Origin: Gemmatimonadales bacterium
Lineage (GTDB): Bacteria > Gemmatimonadota > Gemmatimonadetes > Gemmatimonadales > GWC2-71-9
Length of the DNA stretch: 20,841 bases
Reading direction: 5' to 3'
Assembly: GCA_039794085.1 (NCBI GenBank)
Contig: JBDIWC010000058.1
Span: 1-20,841, forward strand
In this document: positions 16,866-20,841 of the stretch, in pieces
Layout of the letters: every line of letters begins with the position of its first letter
Position numbering within the stretch: the stretch's first letter is position 1
Program-made: the position numbers and the translations under genes
Notes under the pieces: generated by a model
What the model was told of the DNA's origin: nothing
Seen by the model: the letters and a program-made list of their open reading frames with translations, nothing else
Databases searched by the model: none

Positions 16866-18242
16866 ATGAGCCGCATACTGATCGTTGACGACGAGGCCAA
16901 CATCCGCCGCATGCTCGGTGCCCTGCTGCGGGCCGAGGGGTTCAGCGTGACCGAGGCCCCGAGCGGCAACGGCGCGTTGCTCTCCATCGATGAATCGGCG
17001 CCCGACGCGGTGCTCCTCGACCTCATGATGCCTCCCGGCCCCGACGGGATCGACACCCTGGAGAAGATCCGCCAGCGGGAACCTCATGTTCCGGTGATCA
17101 TGATGAGCGGGAAGGCCCAGCTCACCGACGCGGTGCGGGCCATCAAGTTCGGGGCCTTCCAGTTTCTCGAGAAACCGCTGACGCCCGAGGCGGTGCTGGT
17201 GACCCTCCGGAGCGCCCTGGAGTTGACCCGGGCCCGCGCCGAGAACCGGGTGCTGCGCTCGCAACTCGGGATCCGCGAGGTGATGGTGGGCACCAGCGCC
17301 CCGATGCAGGCGGTCCGGTCGATGATCGACCAGGTGGGCCCGACCGAGGCGCGGGTCCTCATCCTCGGGGAGTCGGGCACGGGGAAGGAGCTGGTGGCCC
17401 GCGCCATCCACCGCGCCAGCCGGCGGTCGAGCAAGCCGTTCATCAGCGTCAACTGCGCCGCCATCCCGCGGGACCTGGTGGAATCGGAGATGTTCGGCCA
17501 CGAGCGCGGGGCCTTTACCGGGGCGGTGGAGCGCCGGCTCGGCCGGTTCGAACTGGCCAACGGCGGCACCCTCTTCCTCGACGAGGTGGGCGACCTTCAC
17601 CTCGAGGCGCAGGCCAAGCTGCTGCGCGTGCTGGAGACGGGAGAGATCGTGAGGGTCGGGGGCGAACGGGTGGTCAAGGTGGACATCCGGCTCGTGGCGG
17701 CAACCAACCAGCGGCTGGAACAGGCGGTGGGGGCCGGCACCTTCCGCGAGGATCTCTACTTCCGGCTGAACGTGTTCCCGGTCGAGATCGCCCCGCTGCG
17801 GGCCCGGCTCAGCGACCTCCCCGCTCTGGTGGGGCACCTGGCCGAACTGGTACGCCCCCACCAGGCCCCGCGCTTCACGGCCGAGGCGGTGGCCCTCCTT
17901 TCGGCCTACGACTGGCCCGGCAACATCCGGGAACTCGCCAACGTGGTGGAGCGGCTCGCCATCCTCGGCGGCCACGAGGTGGACGCGGCGCTGGTGCGCC
18001 AGGTGCTCCCCCGGGTGGCCTCGGTCCCGGTGGAGTCCGACGGGGCGGCGGGCGCCGAGGGGATCGCCGGTCCGGCTCCGGTGCCGGGGCGCTCCCTGCC
18101 CAATCTCCTCGACGACTACGAACGGTCGCTGATTGCCCGGGCGCTGGGCCGCACCAACGGCAACGTGGCGGAGGCGGCGCGGGAGCTGCAAACTGACCGG
18201 GCCAATCTCTATCGCCGGATGAAGCGTCTGGGGATGTCGTGA
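16866..18242 (+). CDS. Sigma-54-dependent response regulator (REC-AAA+-Fis HTH; NtrC/NtrX/AtoC family)
   Basis: ILIVDDE, LLDLMMP, GESGTGKE, GAFTGA, LFLDEVG, FREDLYFRLNV, WPGNIREL, GNVAEAAREL..RANLYRRM. Confidence 0.96.
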   Translation: MSRILIVDDEANIRRMLGALLRAEGFSVTEAPSGNGALLSIDESAPDAVLLDLMMPPGPDGIDTLEKIRQREPHVPVIMMSGKAQLTDAVRAIKFGAFQFLEKPLTPEAVLVTLRSALELTRARAENRVLRSQLGIREVMVGTSAPMQAVRSMIDQVGPTEARVLILGESGTGKELVARAIHRASRRSSKPFISVNCAAIPRDLVESEMFGHERGAFTGAVERRLGRFELANGGTLFLDEVGDLHLEAQAKLLRVLETGEIVRVGGERVVKVDIRLVAATNQRLEQAVGAGTFREDLYFRLNVFPVEIAPLRARLSDLPALVGHLAELVRPHQAPRFTAEAVALLSAYDWPGNIRELANVVERLAILGGHEVDAALVRQVLPRVASVPVESDGAAGAEGIAGPAPVPGRSLPNLLDDYERSLIARALGRTNGNVAEAARELQTDRANLYRRMKRLGMS

Positions 18243-19975
18243 CCCTTCGCCGGATACTCCTCTCCCTGCTCGCGTGGGGCACCCTCGCGGTCCTGCCCCT
18301 GGCGGCGCAGGACAGCCTGATCGTGATCGATCCCGATGCCCCCCTCACCGACACGCTCCGGTCGGGGCCGCCCCTCGTGATTCTGGAGGCGGTGCTCCGG
18401 GCCTACAACGATTCCCAGACGACCCGCCTGACGGGCAACTTCACGTTGCCCCGGGGGAGCGCCCTGACCGGGCAGCTCGGACTCTACCGCGGCGTCCTGC
18501 GGATTGCCGGCCGGGTGACGGGGCCGGTGACGGTGGTCAACGGAGACCTGATCGTGGAGGGAAGCGGAGTCATCACCGGCGACGTGCTCGTGGTTGGAGG
18601 ACGACTCACCGTGCTGGCGGGGGGACAGATCGAAGGCACCCGCCAGGTGTTCATCGAGTTCGCCCCGATGCTGCGCGCCCCCACCGGACTCCTCATCCCC
18701 CGCCCGCCCCGCCCCTCCTTCGCCGACATCGCCAGTGCCCGCACCACCTTTCGGGCCGGGCGGATCAACACGACGCTCTCGATCGAGACCGGGCGAACCT
18801 ACAACCGGATCGAGGGACTGCCCGTCGCGGTCGGACCGACGTTCACCCTGCCGACCCTCGGCGGGACCGAGGGGCGCCTCGAGGCCCGGGTGATCTTCCG
18901 CACCTCCGGACGGGGCTCCACCATCCGCGACGAGTTCGGCCTCCGCCTCGGATCGGAATGGGCGTTTTCCGGAAAGATCCGGGGCGGCCTCGGCGCCGAG
19001 TGGTCGAGCACGATCGTCCCGATCGAGGAGCAGCCGCTCTCCCTGGGAGAATCGGGGTGGTCGGCCTTTCTCCTCTCCCGGGATTTCCGCGACTACTACG
19101 AGGGCCGCGGTGTGGAGTTCTACGGCTGGCTCTTTCCGATCCGGGATCTCCGGCTGGAAGCGTCCTGGCGGCGGGACCGCCAGCGATCGGTCCAGGTGAC
19201 CGACCCGGTCCGCATCTTCCGCAACGACGACCCGTGGCGCCCCAACCCCCTGATCGACGACGGACACTACCGCTCCCTCCGTTTCCGGGCCGACCTCGAC
19301 ACCCGGAACAGCCGGGTCTCCGGAACGACCGGGTGGCTGGTCCAGGCGGAAGTGGAGCATGCCGAGAGCGACGACACCTCCCCGGTGGGCCTTCCCACCG
19401 AGGTGCGCTCCCCGATTCCGACCTTCCGGGAATTCCAGTTCACCCGACTCGCCTTCGACGTGAAGCGCTACACCCGGTTCAGCCCCGGCACCACGGTGAA
19501 CCTGCGGGTGGTGGGAGGGGGATGGATCGATGGGGACCCGCTCCCCTTGCAGCGCCGCGTGTCGCTGGGCGGTCCCGACCTTCTTCCCGGGTCGGGCTTC
19601 CGGGCCCTCACCTGCGCTCCCGCCACCTTCGTCGACGCGGCGCGCCCCGCCCTCTGCGACCGGTACCTCGCCACCCAGGTCGAGATCCGCTCCCGCCTCA
19701 ATCTGGGGCGGATTCTCCCGCCGCGGGACTTCTACGGGTTCGACCGTCTCATTGACCTGGAGAACGCCGAGCTCGTGCTCTTCGGCAACGCCGGCCACGC
19801 GTGGCTCACCGGCGACGGTCCGGGCCGGGTCCCGAACAACCGTCTCCCGAATTTCGGGGAGTGGCGCAAGGACGTGGGCGTCGGCATCGACACCGGCACG
19901 CTCGGCCTCTATCTCGCCAAGGGCACCAAGGGGGAGCCGGTCCGGTTCACCGTCCGCCTGGAGCGGAGGTTCTGA
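18239..19975 (+). CDS. Outer-membrane beta-barrel protein (BamA/TamA-surface-antigen-like C-terminus) with N-terminal bactofilin-like beta-helical repeats
   Basis: Signal peptide; GRVTGPVTVVNGDL..G.ITGDVLVVGG repeats; YNRIEGL; LPLQRRVSLGG; FGNAGHAW, DVGVG; terminal Phe. GTGA overlap with the regulator stop. Confidence 0.75.
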   Translation: MTLRRILLSLLAWGTLAVLPLAAQDSLIVIDPDAPLTDTLRSGPPLVILEAVLRAYNDSQTTRLTGNFTLPRGSALTGQLGLYRGVLRIAGRVTGPVTVVNGDLIVEGSGVITGDVLVVGGRLTVLAGGQIEGTRQVFIEFAPMLRAPTGLLIPRPPRPSFADIASARTTFRAGRINTTLSIETGRTYNRIEGLPVAVGPTFTLPTLGGTEGRLEARVIFRTSGRGSTIRDEFGLRLGSEWAFSGKIRGGLGAEWSSTIVPIEEQPLSLGESGWSAFLLSRDFRDYYEGRGVEFYGWLFPIRDLRLEASWRRDRQRSVQVTDPVRIFRNDDPWRPNPLIDDGHYRSLRFRADLDTRNSRVSGTTGWLVQAEVEHAESDDTSPVGLPTEVRSPIPTFREFQFTRLAFDVKRYTRFSPGTTVNLRVVGGGWIDGDPLPLQRRVSLGGPDLLPGSGFRALTCAPATFVDAARPALCDRYLATQVEIRSRLNLGRILPPRDFYGFDRLIDLENAELVLFGNAGHAWLTGDGPGRVPNNRLPNFGEWRKDVGVGIDTGTLGLYLAKGTKGEPVRFTVRLERRF

Positions 19976-20634
19976 TGGGAACCCCGCGCCTGCTGCTGCT
20001 CGCTCTCGGGCTCGGGCTCGCTCCCGTCACGGTGCTGGGCGCCCAGGAGCGCCTGTCCGTCTCCCTCACCCTCACGGCCAATCCCACCCCCGGGGGCCCT
20101 CCGACTCCGACCATCGCGACGCGCAACCTGGTCCGGGATCCGCGGTGGGTGGGTGTGCTGAACGAGCCGATCCCGGTGCGGATCCGCTACCGGCTGGAGC
20201 TCTGGCGGTCGCGCGCGTTGAACGACGCCCTGGAGCGGCCCTTCGAGTGGGAAGCTCTGGTGCGGATGGAGCCGCTCTACGAACAGTTCTCCCTGACGAT
20301 CATCAACCGGGGCCGGGTGACCGAGGAACGGCGACGGCCCACGCTGGAGGAGATCGGAACCTTTCTCGACCGGGGAATCCAGGTGCTCCTGCGGCCGAGT
20401 CAACCCGGGGTCTACTACTACACCCTCAACGTGACGGTCACGGCGCTGTCGGACCGGGAGCTGGAGGACTACGAGCGGCTGATCCAGGGCGAGCCGGCGG
20501 CGCCGGGCGGAGCGCGCAGTACCGTGCCGGGGCTGGGGAGATCGGCCCGGCGCTTGCTCCTCCGGGTCTCGGGGCTTCCCTCGACCGAACTGACCGAGCG
20601 GACCGGGACGTTCACGGTAGGGGGTAGGGAGTAG
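19975..20634 (+). CDS. Hypothetical exported protein (possibly DUF4390-like)
   Basis: TGATG coupling to the upstream gene, signal-peptide-like N-terminus, PVRIRYRLELWRSR segment. Family assignment is tentative. Confidence 0.7.
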   Translation: MGTPRLLLLALGLGLAPVTVLGAQERLSVSLTLTANPTPGGPPTPTIATRNLVRDPRWVGVLNEPIPVRIRYRLELWRSRALNDALERPFEWEALVRMEPLYEQFSLTIINRGRVTEERRRPTLEEIGTFLDRGIQVLLRPSQPGVYYYTLNVTVTALSDRELEDYERLIQGEPAAPGGARSTVPGLGRSARRLLLRVSGLPSTELTERTGTFTVGGRE

Positions 20635-20725
20635 GGAGTAGGGAGTAGGGGGTAGGGAGTAGGGAGTAGGGAGTAGGGAGTAGGGGGTAGGGAGTAGGGA
20701 GTAGGGAGTAGGGGGTAGGGAGTAG
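20617..20725. repeat. Heptamer tandem repeat (GTAGGGR)x15 plus a partial unit
   Basis: Fifteen GTAGGG(A/G) units at 20617-20721 plus GTAG; overlaps the stop codon of the preceding gene. Confidence 0.97.
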
Positions 20726-20841
20726 TCCCTTACGGACAAGATTGAACACAAAACGGCAACAATATTTGGGGCGCCCCCCGGACACCCGCTCCGGCCGTGC
20801 GTGTGACGGCGTCTGTGACGGCATCCCACTTGGGGCTCTTC

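Noticed and set aside
19909..20829. Minus-strand ORFs with LLPTPYS repeats
   Set aside because: Translation of the GTAGGGR tract, antisense to a coupled gene.
1..20841. IS element, integrase, tRNA or rRNA
   Set aside because: No transposase or recombinase motifs, target-site duplications or recognisable structural RNA genes were seen by eye.

Overview
GC-rich bacterial window, probably Gemmatimonadota-like (inferred from gene content only). Left part: a surface-polysaccharide-type locus with a Trm112-like/SAM methyltransferase and a radical SAM-SPASM/Twitch enzyme on +, facing a translationally coupled minus-strand operon (polysaccharide deacetylase, FemAB-like XrtA/PEP-CTERM-type protein, DegT-like aminotransferase), then a VanZ-like membrane protein. 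Centre: a lower-GC GxxExxY (PD-(D/E)xK-like) nuclease gene followed directly by a ~1.8 kb modular array of 12 palindrome-forming 30-bp cores at a nearly constant ~161-bp spacing. Related arrays lie in the opposite orientation at 1-210 and 2600-3732. Right part: a TonB-dependent receptor plus lipoprotein with a candidate sigma-54 promoter, divergent from a histidine kinase, a sigma-54 response regulator, an outer-membrane beta-barrel protein and a hypothetical exported protein. At least four other short-repeat types (CGTC-type and GTAG-type REPs, CCCTCTCCC hairpins, heptamer tandem repeats) are scattered through the window. The best candidate for an undescribed system is the GxxExxY nuclease plus its repeat arrays. 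All calls come from reading motifs by eye; no database searches were run.
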